This document shows positions 38,088 through 51,949 of a stretch of 64,000 nucleotides of DNA, one piece after another. The number at the start of each line of letters is the position of its first letter. Within the stretch, counting starts at the first letter, position 1. The translations under genes were made by a program, and so were the position numbers. The DNA lies in NCBI RefSeq assembly GCF_006345805.1, contig NC_042997.1, positions 202,492,001 to 202,556,000 on the forward strand, read 5' to 3'. The notes below the pieces were generated by a model. The model made no database searches and was not told the DNA's origin. It worked only from the letters and a program-made list of their open reading frames with translations. The stretch is from Octopus sinensis (lineage: Eukaryota).

Positions 38088-38458
38088 AGGCGCAGGAGTG
38101 GCTGTGTGGTAAGTAGCTTGCTTACCAACCACATAGTTCCAGGTTCAGTCCCACTGCGTGTCACCTTGGGTAAGTTTCTTCTACTTTAGCCTCGGGCCGA
38201 CCAAAGCCTTGTGAGTGGATTTGGTAGACGGTAACCGAAAGAACCTCGTACATATATGTTTGTGTATCTCTTTTTGACCCCTACGGCCCTATCACTTGAC
38301 AACCGATGTTGGTGTGTTTACGTCCCCATAACTTGATTCAGCAAAAGAGACCAATAGAATAAGTACTAGGCTTACAAAGATTAAGTCCTGGGGTCGATTT
38401 ATTCGACTAAAGGCGGTGCTCTAGCATGGCCACAGTCAAATGACAAACAAATAAAAGA
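38088..38458 (+). mobile_element. tRNA-derived SINE family 1
   Basis: GGCGCAGGAGTGGCTGTGTGGTAAG (A box)...CCAGGTTCAGTCCC (B box); same body as 44632-45025. Confidence 0.88.
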
Positions 38459-39075
38459 GTATATATATAATGCGAACGATAATATTTTCAACGAAGCTGT
38501 TACAAGCATATCTAATTAGGATAAAGCAATGCGGAATCAGCACTTGAAAAGAGAAGGGGATTGGCCAGAGGAAGACAGAGAAAATGAAGATCTAATTTCA
38601 GTGAAAAACAATTAGAAGCTTAGCAAAAAGCTGGTCGTGGGAAAAAAAGAGCTCAAGCCAGACGCGAAAATGAAAATGAAGAGTAGGCAATTGATAGGAA
38701 AGATACTTAGGAGGTAGAGGAAACAGGAATACTGAAATTGTGAAGATGAAAATCGGGACAACAGCAGGAGGTAACATAATGCCGAAAGACTGAGAGCCAC
38801 TTGACATGAAGAACATGCTACAGAAAAAGTTTAGAATTCAACATACAATGAGGGAAACACTGAACAACATTATTGTAGAGATATGAATTTTCTGTGTCAG
38901 TTTTGCGTGGCCAAACATTTTCTATCTGAATGACCTTCTGACTGCTACTTCAATAATTGTAGCCATAAAGGAAAATTGCTCTCTTCTATTCAAAGAGAAT
39001 TTTCAGAGTGCTTGACATCCCTGGCAGATCCCAATAATCATCATTATCGTAATTTCAAAGAAAATATCTGGTTAT

Positions 39076-39465
39076 GTGGAGGCGCAATGGCCCAGTGGTT
39101 AGGGCAGCGGACTCGCGGTCATAGGATCGCAGTTTCGATTCCCAGACCGGGCGTTGTGAGTGTTTATTGAGCGAAAACACCTAAAAGCTCCACGAGGCTC
39201 CGGCAGGGGATGGTGGTGATCCCTGCTGTACTCTTTCACCACAACTTTCTCTCACTCTTACTTCCTATTTCTGTTGTACCTGTATTTCAAAGGGCCGGCC
39301 TTGTCACTCTCTGTGTCATGCTGAATATCCCCGAGAACTACGTTGAGGTTACACGTGTCTGTGGAGTGCTCAACCACTTACACGTTAATTTCACAAGCAG
39401 GCTGTTCCGCTGATTCGGATCAACCGGAACCCTCATCGTCGTAACCGACGGAGTGCTAAAAGAAG
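39076..39465 (+). mobile_element. tRNA-derived SINE family 3 with 10-bp TSD
   Basis: Head GGCGCAATGGCCCAGTGGTTAGGGCAGCGGACTCGCGGTCATAGGATCGCAGTTTCGATTCCC; TSD ATCTGGTTAT at 39066-39075 and 39466-39475; CpG-rich, so apparently young. Confidence 0.85.
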
Positions 39466-39628
39466 ATCTGGTTATATAACTCGGCTTTGTCCTTTGCATT
39501 CATGGATGCACATTTGACAGAATCTCCTGGAAGAGGCCTATATTGCTTCAGAGTTCATGGAGAAGTGTACCACAGAACATCACTTATGCATCCTGCTTGA
39601 TGGTCAACAAAATCAGTTTACTCAACTA

Positions 39629-40868
39629 TTAGGTTGTCTGGAAAGTTCTGAGCATTTTTTAATATGCAAAACGGGATATAAATAATTGACCTTTTTTTAA
39701 TAAATTCTATTCAAGGAAATAATTTCCATTATTATTAATGACCTTTGCCCATCTATCGGGCAATTTAAATATTCAACCAGTATAAAATTTGGTTTTGAAG
39801 AAAAAAAGTTATTTAGATGCATTTTAACTTGTTAAATGTTTTTCCTTGCAATGAGTTCTGTAGAGACAAAAGCAAGTGGTAGTTGTATGGTACAATATTA
39901 GGAGAATATGGTGGATGGGGTAAAAGATACCAGCCAAGTTCATGTAACTTTGTTTGGGTAGCCAAAGACACATGTGGGTGGGGAATTGTCTTGTAGGAAC
40001 ACTACCCCTTTCCTGTTGGCAATCTCTAGCCTCAATTCTTTGATTTTTGGTTCAAATTAGCCAACTGACAACAGTACTCATCAGAATTAATGATTTTGTG
40101 GGAGAAGCTCATAATAAATAATGCCTTTATAATCCAACCAAACACAAAGCATAGCTTTTTTGGAATGGATATTCATCTTTGGTTGCAGTTTTAGGGGATC
40201 CTTACACAAACTACAGGATTTTTTCACGCTACATTTTCATGCACAATCCATTTTTCATCTCCAATCACTAGTTGTTTCAAAAAAGCCATGCTTTAATTCC
40301 ATTTCAAAAGCATATCACAAACAGAATACCGATCCAAGAAATTTTTTTCTGGGAGTTTGTGAGGGACACATACACTATAGTGAGAAATGTATCCTAGCTT
40401 CAATATGTGTTCATGAGCCTTATTTTTAGAAACTTCCAACTCCTCTGCAAGTTCTCCAGTCATGATATTTGAGTTTTCTTCAATTTTTACCTTCAAAACA
40501 TCCAATTTTGAAGGACTTCCACTGCAACTGTCATCTTCCAAGCTAAACTCTCCAGCTTTAAATTTTGCAGACCATCTTTGAACAGTTGATTCACCTACAG
40601 CATCATCATCACCACAAACTTCAGAAATGTTTTTGCGAGTCTTTGCAGCATTTTCTCCTTTTTTAAAAAAGAAAAATATTACAATGCAAATATGAAATTT
40701 TTGGTTATCCATTTCAAATGTCAATAAAGGTAAATCTATTTTTAGTCAGGAATAAAGAAGAGATGCACTACTACTTCAAGAAACACCAAACTTTCAACTG
40801 TGTTACATTTCAGGTGTGTTCAATGAAGATTTAGCTTAAAAACACTCAGAACTTTCCAGACAACCTAA
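39629..40868 (-). mobile_element. Full-length (1240 bp) decayed mariner, cecropia/mellifera-like
   Basis: TA|TTAGGTTGTCTGGAAAGTTCTGAG...CTCAGAACTTTCCAGACAACCTAA|TA. ORF 40293-40724 is the HTH region (KGENAAKT...STVQRWSAKFKAGEFSLEDD..G.PS); IGDEKWIVHEN lies downstream. Confidence 0.92.
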
Positions 40869-41368
40869 TATATCTAATTGATGTTGCAGAAGCTCATAAT
40901 GGCAATATTGGACACAATTATATGTAAAAATCAACATCTATGCAGTTACCTTTAAAATTAAAGAAGTTGAAACTGAAGAAGAACATGTATGCCAAGAAGG
41001 AAGGCCTATGCCTATAGTAAATATAGCTTTTAACAGAGACAGAAAGGAGGAGAAGATATAGCTTACCAACTGTGGATGAAATTTCTATGGTTTTTAGAAA
41101 TTCAAATTGAGAGCCTCCATTCAATTGAGATTTTCAACATTTTTAGTCCAAATTTGGACCCAGTAACATATATTTTGTTTTTCCCTTTCATTGAACCAGG
41201 ATCACAACTACAGATAGTAGGAAATGTGCACTGAATATTTGTTGCCAAATAAGGCTTCATTCACAGCTGTTAGAGATAATAAGTTCAATCCAGTTCTTCC
41301 AGAAATAGGCAGTAGACTCATAAAAAAAGTAAACATTTGATGCCAATAAACCAATAAGGTATAATAAA

Positions 41369-42544
41369 ATCATAGAGGTTGTCAGGGTATGCGATAGAGT
41401 GCTTAAGCTCAGACTAGTCCTGCAGAATAGTATAGCTACAATTATCTCTGCCTACCCCCCACAAGCGGGCCTACCAAACGATCAGAAGGACCACTTTTAT
41501 GACACCCTTCTACAAGCTACCTCAAAGACAAGGTGGCAATGACCTCATCTTCGCAGCTGGAGATTTTAATGGGCATGCCGAACAGCAATCTGGTATCTTC
41601 CATGGTGTTCACAGGGGCCATGGAATTGGTTCCCGAAACAAAGAGGGAACTAGGCTACTGGAGTTCTGTGATGCATGCAACCTATCAATCTACAACACTA
41701 ACTTCAAGAAGCCAGACAGCCACCTGATAAACTATCGATCAGGTGACTCTGCTAGCCAGATTGACTTCATCCTCACCAGACAGCGGTATGCAAGGTTGCT
41801 TTTAAATACAAAGACTCTCCCTGGTGAAGAATGTAGCCCCCAGCATAGACTAGTCATTAGTGACTTTAGACTTGATGCCAAGAAGCAGACCAATCCAGAA
41901 AAGAAGGATTTGGAAGGTAAAGAACCCTTCATATGGTCTGAGATTTAGGGACATCCTCATTGAGAAATTTAATGAGAGGGAGGAGGAACTACAGACTTCA
42001 GACATAGAGGGCAACTGGAATTTCATACGGGACAGCTTACTGAGTGTCACAGACCAAATCTGCAGCTGGTGCAAAGTCCCTTCCAGACCTAGAGTAATGT
42101 GGTGGTGAAATAATATGGTAGCCAAAGAGCAAAGAAACAGGTCTAGAAGAGTGGGGTAGCAGGGAACTGTAACAGATAGCCATAAGGGAGGCTGGGCAAC
42201 AGGTATACATAGCCAAGGAAGAAGCAGGAAAGAAGAAGTTTACCAATGTTCAGCAACATAAGGGCCAAAGAACTGAGGTATTTCAGATTGCTAGACAGTG
42301 TGTGAGAGAAAATTGTGATGTCATAGGAGAGAAATGTGTCCGCATGGATGATGGTGCACTTGCTTTTAATGATTTGGAAAAGAAAGAGTTTTGGAGAATC
42401 ACTGCCAAGATGCTTAAAATATCTGGTGGTGTGGGTTATAGCCTAATCACCTGTATTGTAAACCAGGTAGTTCACGAAGTGGTCATACCCAATGACTGGC
42501 ATAGCAGCACCATAGTCAACTGCTACAAAGTTAAAGGTGACTCT
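41369..42544 (+). mobile_element. Decayed RTE LINE fragment: AP endonuclease plus linker, ending just before RT
   Basis: IISAYPPQ, AGDFNGH, RLLEFCDACNL, SQIDFILTR, and IPNDWHSSTIVNCYKVKGD at the 3' end; multiple stops and deletions. Confidence 0.85.
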
Positions 42545-42967
42545 AAAACCACATAAAATGTTCATATGCTGGTATCTCTTAGATACCTTAAATTATAATT
42601 ATATATATATATACATATGTATATATATGTATACATACATATAGAATTCGTCATACTAATTCGTTTTTTGTGCTAGGCCACTGGTAATAATAATTTATTA
42701 TTACCCTATTTTATTATATATACATACATATATATATATGTATATATATATATATTACATTGCTTATTAACAGATGAAGGTGAAGGTTGGAGACAGAAAG
42801 CACTTCAAGATGTAGAAAATCTGCTCTGAAAATTTTATCTGATCCATGTAAGTTTAGAAAATTGAATGTTAAAATGATAATGATGATAATGGTGTGCAGC
42901 AACATCATGTTCAACCACTTCAAATTTTTTTAGATTTCTTTGATATTGCCATTATTAATCCATGCCT

Positions 42968-44005
42968 TAAAGCAGTGAGCTGGCAGAATTGCTAGTGTGC
43001 CGAGCACAATGCTTAGCAGTATTTTACCCATTGCTACGTTCTGAGTTCAAATGTCACAGAGGTCAACTTTACCTTTCATGGTCGATAAAATAAGTACCAG
43101 TTCAACACTGGGGTCAATGTAATCAACTCATTCCCTCCCCCAAAATTGCTACCCTTGTGGCAAAATTTGAAACCATTATTAATCCATGTTTCGATACTTC
43201 ACATTTTTTTTTTTTGTTGTATGTTACATATTTAAAGGGCTTAAGGAGAATGTTCTCCTAAGCACCCTAAATGTGTTCCCCTTCACATCTTTCAGTAAGG
43301 CATTGTAATATCAAACTCCCACACAAAGTTATATTTCAAGTTAGCTGTTGATGTTTCAATTAATTTAGCAAAAACTTCCACCTTTCTTACATAATATTTT
43401 ATGTTTGCAAGGCAGTGAACTGGCAGAAACGTTAGCACGCCGGGCAAAATGCGCAGCTGTATTTCGTCTGCCATTACGTTCTAAGTTCAAATTCCACCGA
43501 GGTCGACTTTGCCTTTCATTCTTTCGGGGTCGATAAATTAAATACCAGTTACGCACTGGGTCGATGTAATCGACTTAATCCGTTTGTCTGTTCTTGTTTG
43601 TCCCCTCTGTGTTTAGCCCCTTGTGGGTAGTAAAGAAATAGAAGTAGGTATTTCGCCTGTCTTTACATTCTGAGTTCAAATTCCGCCGAGGTCGACTTTG
43701 CCTTTCATCCTTTCAGGGTCAATAAATGAAGTACAAATTTCGGGCCTTGTGCCTAGAGTATAAAAAAATATTTTGGTAACTCCAAGGTAGCAATCTGGCA
43801 GAAACGTCAGCACACTGAACGAAATGCTTAGCAGTATTTCATCTGTCTTTATGTTCTGAGTTCAAATTCCTCCGAATTTGACTTTGCCTTTCATCCTTTC
43901 AGGGTCGATAAATGAAGTACCAGTTGTGTACTGTGGTCAATCTAATCAGCTGGCCTCCTCCCCCAAAACTGCCGGCCTTGTGCCTAGAGTAGAAAATATT
44001 TTATA
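42968..44005 (+). mobile_element. Cluster of ~4 head-to-tail SINE family 2 copies
   Basis: Repeated GCAGTGA(A/G)CTGGCAGAA...TTCTGAGTTCAAATT...GACTTTGCCTTTCATCCTTTCAGGGTC at ~42970, 43410, 43645 (partial) and 43790. Confidence 0.85.
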
Positions 44006-44631
44006 TTTGCTTTTTCTAATGTATGAATCATTGTTGATAAATCTCAGTTTTCCCAGGGTATCTTCTTACTCTTGTGACATGCTGGCCTCACTAAAAAGAG
44101 TTTTATAAGAGTAGGTCGTTAATTTAAAAAGTATAATGGAACAGAGTATGAGGGGAGAACAATTATTTACTATATTATAAACAGTGATATAACTGTTATA
44201 ATTCTAATCAATTTTTCTACAAGCCAACTGAAGGGACTTTTATGTGGTCACTCAAACTGCAAGAAATAGCAGCCAAATTTCTATGTTCTGTCTTTTTAGA
44301 AATGAAGTTTATTTGGGTTATAGAAATATTATAACTAAAAATAAGATGGGATGGTCATTGCCAGATTGCCTTTTACCACAAGTTTACTCAGTCTGAGAGC
44401 TAGACAACAAACTGTATAAAATATGATTAAGTAGAATAAGTTCTGGAGTCAATTTGTTCAACTAAAGGTGGTGCTCCAGCATGGCCACAGTCAAATGACT
44501 GAAACAAATAAAAGAAAGCAGAATTATATATATACATGTGCTTGTGTGTTTATATGTGTATATGTATATATATATATATATGTCTGTATGTATACATGTG
44601 TGTTTATGTATATATGTATGTATATGTATAT

Positions 44632-45025
44632 AGGCGCAGGAGTGGCTGTGTGGTAAGTAGCTTGCTAACCAACCACATGGTTGCGGGTTCAGTCCCACTG
44701 CGTGGCATCTTGGGCAAGTGTCTTCTGCTATAGCCCCGGGCCGACCAATGCCTTGTGAGTGGATTTGGTAGACGGAAACTGAAAGAAGCCTGTCGTATAT
44801 ATATATATATATATATTAATGTGTGTGTTTGTGTTTCTGTGTTTGTCCCCCTAGCATTGCTTGACAACCGATGCTGGTGTGTCTACGTCCCCGCCACTTA
44901 GCGGTTCGGCAAAAGAGACCGATAGAATAAGTACTGGGCTTACAAAGAATAAGTTCCGGGGTCGATTTGATCGACTAAAGGCGGTGCTCCAGCATGGCCG
45001 CAGTCAAATGACTGAAACAAGTAAA
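44632..45025 (+). mobile_element. tRNA-derived SINE family 1 (near full length)
   Basis: A/B-box head, internal (TA)n/(TG)n, conserved 3' body. A 3' fragment precedes it at ~44410-44520. Confidence 0.9.
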
Positions 45026-45699
45026 TGAGAAATGAGAAATAAATGAGATATGTGTGTGTATGTATGTCCATATATATGTGGATATGTATATGCATGTGTG
45101 TATAAATGTACACACACATATATTCACATGTATTTAAGCACATGGATATAGACCTGACATTTGGTGATAAAGGAAAGGAACAGAGAGTAACTCATTGAAA
45201 ATGTTTCAGTTTTATCCAACCGTTACCAAAAATTAGGTTAACAGCCTCAGAAAAGGTTTCCCATTAGCAAAAATTGTTTTTTTCTTTTTTAATGGTTATG
45301 TTTAAATGGCAGTTTGCAGAAAAGAAATCCAGTTGAGAAAATGTCAAATACTACAACTAACAGTAGCATTAAATGTGTGGTTACTCAGCCAACCAAAAAT
45401 AGCAGCCAAATGTCCCACAGTCTAGAAGAAAATAAAAGCATGTATGATAATGTAGTTTTAGTTATATTCTGTGAAAGTATAGTCGTCATATAAAGACTAT
45501 TGTTTGTTAGGATGTTGGCCTCAAAATTGTAAACACAGTTTTTGATTCCTGGACTGATTGCACATTGAGACCTTAGGCAAGGTACTTTACATAGTTTTCT
45601 TTACTAGTCCAGTCAGTTATACATATATGTATGTACATTATATATATGTGTGTGTGTGTGAGAGCATGATCATTACATAGCGTCGCCTTACTGGAACAT

Positions 45700-45981
45700 G
45701 TGAAAAAAAACATTTGAGTGAGGTCGTTGCCAGTACCAGTGGACTGGCTCCTGCGCAGGTGGTATGTAAAAACACCATTTGAGTGTAGCTGTTGCCAGTA
45801 CTGCCTGACTAGCCCTCATGCCAGTGGCATGTAAAGGCACCCACTACACTCAGACTGGTTGGCTGTAGGAACTCTGCCAGATCAGATTGAAGCCTGGTGC
45901 AGCCATCTGATTTGCCAGTCCTCAGTCAAATCGTCCAACCCATGCTAGCATGGAAAGCGGATGTTAAACGATGATGATGAT
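45700..45981 (+). mobile_element. RTE 3' UTR-derived copy with tandem hairpin modules
   Basis: GCCAGTACTGCCTGACTAGC..GCCAGTGGCATGTAAAGGCACC units, then GTCCAACCCATGCTAGCATGGAAAGCGGATGTTAAACGATGATGATGAT. Confidence 0.85.
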
Positions 45982-46832
45982 GTATGTATATAAATCACAC
46001 CCCTAATTTAGTGTTAAACCTTGTTATGAAATCTTTTTCCCTTCATAGTTTAAGCCTTGCCCCATATATAAGTTTTACCTCAGTTTTCTCAGTTACATCC
46101 AGGATAAAATAGTGCATCTTACACATATATAAATACAGTAATTCATCAGCCACAGAATGGCATCTTATAGGCTATTAGAACAAAAATATGCCGCAAATCT
46201 AAGATGCGGTCAACAATGCTTGATGGTTATACAGAAGCAATGATAAATTATGTCTGCAGTAAAATTGCAATACATGCTATAAAACTTTTGATTCTAAGAT
46301 CTGCATACTAACAGGGCCAGCATTATGTCTGAGGGTGCTAAAACCTTCGTATGGCTGTGTGGTTAAGAAACTTGCTTTGCAATCACATGGTATCAGGTTC
46401 AGCCCACTTCACAACATCCTGGGCAAGTGTCTTCTACTATAGCCTATGGCCAAACAATGACTAAGTAAATGAATTTGATAAATGGAAACTGTGTGGAAGC
46501 CCATGTGTGTGTGTTTATTCATTTATCACATACCCACCACCACCACTTGACTAATAGTGTTGGTTTGTTTACATGCTTGTAACATAACAATTCACCAAAA
46601 GAGACCCATGGAATAAACACTAGACTTGAAAATAAGTGCTAGGGTCAATTTGTTTGACTAAAACTCTTCAAGGCAATGCTCCAGCATGGACACAATTCAA
46701 TGACCGAAGCAAATAAGACGCCAGCACAGCACAATATGGGTTGACGATGAGTTACACAGCATCACTTTTATGTAAACCAGCCAAGTACTCATTCTCTTCA
46801 CTCCATGTTGTATAGGTGTAATTGTAGGTTAC

Positions 46833-47223
46833 TGGCTGTGCGATAAGTAGCTTGCTAACCAACCACATGGTTCCCGGTTCAGTCCCACTGCGTGGCATCT
46901 TGGGCAAGTGTCTTCTGCTATAGCCCTGGGCTGACCAATGCCTTGTGAGTAGATTTGGTAGACGGAAACTGAAAGAAACCTGTCGTATATATGTATATAT
47001 ATATAGTGTGTGTTTGTGTGTCTGTGTTTGTCCCCCTAGCATTGCTTGACAACCGATGCTGGTGTGTTTACATCCCCGTCACTTAGCGGGTCGGCAAAAG
47101 AGACCGATAGAATAAGTACTGGGCTTACAAAGAATAAGTCCCGGGGTTGATTTGCTCGACTAAAGGCGGTGCTCCAGCATGGCCGCTGTCAAGTGACTGA
47201 AACAAGTAAAAGAGTAAAGAGTA
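46833..47223 (+). mobile_element. tRNA-derived SINE family 1
   Basis: Highly similar to 44632-45025. An older diverged copy is at ~46345-46715. Confidence 0.9.
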
Positions 47224-49775
47224 CACACACAATTTCTCTATAGCCGTATCGTTGTGGCAGGCTGTATTGCTGCTCTATAGCACACTCCAACTACTGTAGA
47301 TAAATTTTGCTAATATGATAAGACACACAAAAGAACCTTATGCACATGTGTGTGTGTGTGCTTAATTTCTTTTGATATCAGAGTTGTTGAACAAGTATGA
47401 GCATTGGTTGTAAGTTTTCAACAGACCAATCACTGTTCCACTGTATTTGGAATGCAGGACAAAGAACCTTGGCTTCTCACTGATGTTTACATCTCTCGTC
47501 TGTATACACCAACAGTTTTATATACAGTAATACCTCACTTTATGAGGACCCGCTTTACGAGTTTTTATGAAGGTTCTCCAGGAATGAATTAACTCGTATA
47601 TAGAAGTATCTACTGTACACATTTATATACACACATTCCCCCCCCCACCACTAAACCTTCAACATCATGGACATGTATATTCATTTTCTTTCATGCCATA
47701 ACTGTTCCACATGTTAATTTTCCATATCCACACATTTCTTTAATCACTCCATATCAGAGTTTCATGAATTTATCATCAAAATCTTTGTTTCAATTTCAAG
47801 ACCTTATTTATTGCTCCTCTTCTGTTTGGTTTATTTTGGGGTCTTTTTTCCCTTTATTCTTCTTTTTGATGCGATTCTCTTGACTCTCTCTCTCTCTCTC
47901 GCTTCTATTTAAGTGACAGAGACCTGGATCATATGTGTTCTGTCTCATGGTTACTAAAAACTGTTAGGGTTGTCAACTCTCCATTTATCATAATGCTGTA
48001 TTTCAGATGCACACAGCAAAGACCTTGACAGATGCCTCCAGAAGAGGACCAATACCATGAAGCTATTCATGATAAACATTCCCTACCTCAATAAGTATGA
48101 CTAACTCCATCAGAATGCTACAAGAGCTAAGACACACACACACTCATGCTTTCACTTTTATTTTTATCAAAACAGGCTGTTGTCCTGGATACAGATCATA
48201 AAAGCAAACCATAAATCTTGTACACAAAATGAAATATTAAAGAATATGCAGTTATTTAGCTGTAAACTGTTTGCTTTTTTCTGTCAAAATCTGGGAAGTA
48301 AAATAAACTCCAGTGATGTAGTGAATATTATTATTAGAAAATCCATTGCCTAAAACTGTTTATAACAGATTATGGCAGTTAAACATAAAATATTAGTTAC
48401 AGAATAGTTTCCAACTAATAGATTGAAAATGATACAAGAACAAAACTGTTGTGAGATTGAATGTGTCAGTTTGACTCAATGAGATAATAATGTCACCTGA
48501 TTATGGGTAGTGGTAAGTTTGGCTGGTTAACAGCCTGTAGAGATTAAATAATATCCTCATACAGGACTTAGTGCTAAATTTGTTGGCAAACTACTTCCCA
48601 AGTTTCTGTTTGCTTGTAACATTGCCATCTTTTATAAAAAAGAGAGTGTAAAGAATTAGTTTTATTTTTTACGTTAACTTAGAGACTAAATAATTGTCAA
48701 AATATTTTGCTTGTTTTGATAACAATTGTTATTAGTTACTCTGAGAAAGAGGAACTATACTGCTGGTTTTCACAGCATTTCACAGTGAAGTTTATGGAGA
48801 TGATATTGAGTTTGAAGCTGTACAGATGTGAAAACAATGGTCACAGTAAAGATTGGGGAAGATGTTTAGTGTGACATGAGAGTGAAACAGTGATTTATTT
48901 TAGCCAGTGTGGGTGGAGCCCTGCTAGCAGACAAACATGAATAGAAAGTGGACAGGGAGGCAAATTAAGAGGAGCAGGGGCCATTGTAATAGGAGCAGAT
49001 GAGACAAAATAACACAGTATGTCAGTAAATGGATATAGTGTGATGATAAAGGCTTGTTTATCAGATGGATGATCATGGTTGTATGCAGATTACATATGAT
49101 GGCTATGCTATCATAGATGTGTTGTTTAGCCTTAGGTCAACCCTGATTAATCAGACCTAAGATAAAAAAGTCTTCCAGCTATAACTATCCATTTTGTTTT
49201 CAGGATCAGTGTACCTAGTACTACACTACTGATTTTGTTGCCCCATTTTCTTGAATGTGAAATAAAGTGTCTTGTTCAAGGACAAAACACTCTCCCCAAT
49301 CCTGGAACCAAACTCACAAACTTATTTTCGTGAGACCAATGCATGCTGTGTATTCTCCATTTGTCTCTTTTACTTCTACTACAGCGGTCTCTGCTTGTCT
49401 GAACTTGCCAACTGTATGATACCCACCAGATGTAACTACTTGAAATAGGAAATGTATCTGCAACTAAACGAGAGTCAGAAACTAGTCTGATCTGAAGTAG
49501 TTTCTCTGCTGAAAATGTAACTTGTTGATTCTTACAGATGTGTGCTTGGCACGAAAGGTTATCGAATATTAGGAAGATTAGAGAGAATATAGATTTCAAT
49601 TTGTATAGTTCATGAATAGAGAAGGTAGGAGTAATATTGTTTCTTTGATGTGTAATGACTGGGTGAGGCAAGGGGGTTGCTTAGTGCTGTTGTAGAAAAA
49701 AACTAGTAGAAGTTATTACATATCAACACTGTTTATGAGTGAGAGGATAAAGAGGAGCTAACAGTGGAATATGTA

Positions 49776-49991
49776 CAAGGGGATGCTGAAAAGTTGCTGG
49801 CTTTAAGGATAGCACAAAAAGCCTGGTTGGAGGCCCAACCTTTAGAGTCCTTTTACAGAGTTAGAAAAACTGAGGGTTTGTTGCAATAAGAATGTGAATC
49901 TGTAAGGCAAATATGCTGGATAAAATCATAATTAACTGATACTCCTGTATTTTCTGTTACCCAAAGCCAGAAACTTTTCAGCACCAACTTG
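49776..49991. mobile_element. Mariner-derived MITE, 216 bp
   Basis: TA|CAAGGGGATGCTGAAAAGTT...AACTTTTCAGCACCAACTTG|TA; homologous to 61801-62016 in inverted orientation. Confidence 0.75.
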
Positions 49992-50479
49992 TAGTTCATC
50001 ATCTGACATCCATTGTCCATGCTGGCACGGGTTGGACGGTTTGACCAGACCCGTCTGATTTGGCATGGCTGGATGCTCTTCCTAACGCCACCGGGCACGT
50101 GCCAGTTGCCAAACACCAGTATCTGCCACAACTCCGATTGCACTTGGCTTGATGGGTCTTCTACTTAAGCATGGCATATTGCCAAAAGGTCTGTCATTTG
50201 TCATTGCCTCCGTGAGGTTCAATGCTCAAAAGGTGCTTTTTAAATGCCACGACTACAATTTCACTTGGCTTGACAGGTCTTCTCAAGCACAGCATATCGC
50301 CAAAGGTCTTGGTCACTCGCCATTGCTTCCATGGTGATTGTTAATGGTCAGAGGAAAGAACATTAGATTATCTTAAACTGTTGTACGTTGCAAACATATA
50401 CTGCTGTGTGGTTAAATTATTATTCACTTAACCTCTCCTGATTCATCTCAGCTCCATCCTGCACTTTAGAGATGCAACA

Positions 50480-50665
50480 CTTCCCTCAATATGTGCTGTT
50501 CCAAGTATTGCTACCAACTGAAAACTTCCTATAAAGTTTGTTATTTGCAACTTTTGATGCCAGAATATTACTTTCTTTGAGATGGTCCCGCGTGTACCAA
50601 TCACAATAGGTACCACACTCACTTTTGAGGTTTTGGTACCTCCCAACTTTTTTGTCTGGTCTTCA
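50480..50665 (-). mobile_element. Decayed C-terminus of an RLE-type non-LTR retrotransposon (R4/Dong-like)
   Basis: VVPIVIGTRGTI...FQLVAILGTAHI resembles the VxPxVxGALG...QxxAxLGTAxIxR C-terminal motif. Confidence 0.45.
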
Positions 50666-51553
50666 CAACAGCTGAGCCCAAATTTCTCAGGCCTGTTCAT
50701 GCAATTTACTAGGAAAACCATTTAGTTGAAACTTACTTATTCCAACAATATGCAAATATCCCACTCTCTGTTGGCCTAAATATACATTTATGTAACCTGG
50801 GTGTGAATTGTGATGACCACAAATGTTGATGGTGCCACTGAAGGAAAATAAATGTCTTGCTGTTAGAAAGAATTTAAAAATTAGCTTATCAGTGTACGAA
50901 TAAAAAAAAAAAAAAGAGTATCTCATACTCAGATATCCAATCTATTTAAAGATGAATATCATCATCATCGCTTAACGGGTTTTCTACTGAAGCATGGCAT
51001 ATTGCCAAAAGGTCTGTCATGGGTTGGATGATTTGACTGAGGGCTGGCGAAGCAGATGGCTGCACCAGGCTCCAATCTTGATCTGGCAGAATATATTTTT
51101 TCTAACCTTAGAATGACATTTCCTCTACATTTCTGATGTTCAGGGTTTTTTTTTTTGCCTGAATCTTTTACAATTTAATCCTTGTTATATTTCTGCTGAA
51201 CTACACTGCATTTTGAAAATAATGAAAAATTTACTAAAATAAGTCATTATTAAGCTGGTGTTTGAAACAAATTAACATGAAATTTTGACAGATGTTTCAG
51301 CTTAGATCTCTTTACAAGAGAAAATTTCAATGATAGCAGGTTCATATCAAAAGGTTTCACTGCAAATCCTGACAAGCATTATCGGAATATCATCAATTCT
51401 CTGTATAGTTACTTTTACATGCATCACTAATCCACTTCATGTTATATGCAAAGTTTAATAAATACCCTTCGGCCTACTACTTTAAATTCCCTAAACTTTA
51501 CCTCATTCTTTGGCAATTTCTCACCCAACTATCATCATCCAGTTAAATTCACT

Positions 51554-51949
51554 CTGGCACATGTCGTCAGTAATTACTCAGGGTAGGCAGTTGGTGATGT
51601 TTATATGGTAAAACACGCAAAAAAAAACAAGCGCACAACTGAGTTGGAGGCAGAATTACTTCTGCCTTTATACTGCTTATTATAGAAAACGTTGTTGTAG
51701 GAATGTACACAGCACGTGTACTACAGCAGTACTATGCGTAGTTTTAATACTGAGATTGAAAGGCAGGGGGCAAATTATGCCTACCTAATCGACAAAAAAA
51801 TAAGATATTTTGCATTTTATGCATAGTAATCAGAGTAACCTTCATAATTTTATTGAATTAGGTGCATATTCTGCCCTAAAAGGAAAATGTAACTATTGAT
51901 CTGTTTTATTCAGTGTAGGTACCCAACCTACCCAGGCAGCATGTCTCTG
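51554..51949. mobile_element. hAT-type MITE, 8-bp TSD AATTCACT
   Basis: TSD at 51546-51553 and 51950-51957; same family as 35179-35567. Confidence 0.85.

Noticed and set aside
39080-39153. tRNA-like sequence
   Set aside because: Head of a SINE with downstream body and TSD; acceptor and anticodon stems do not pair properly, so not called a tRNA gene.
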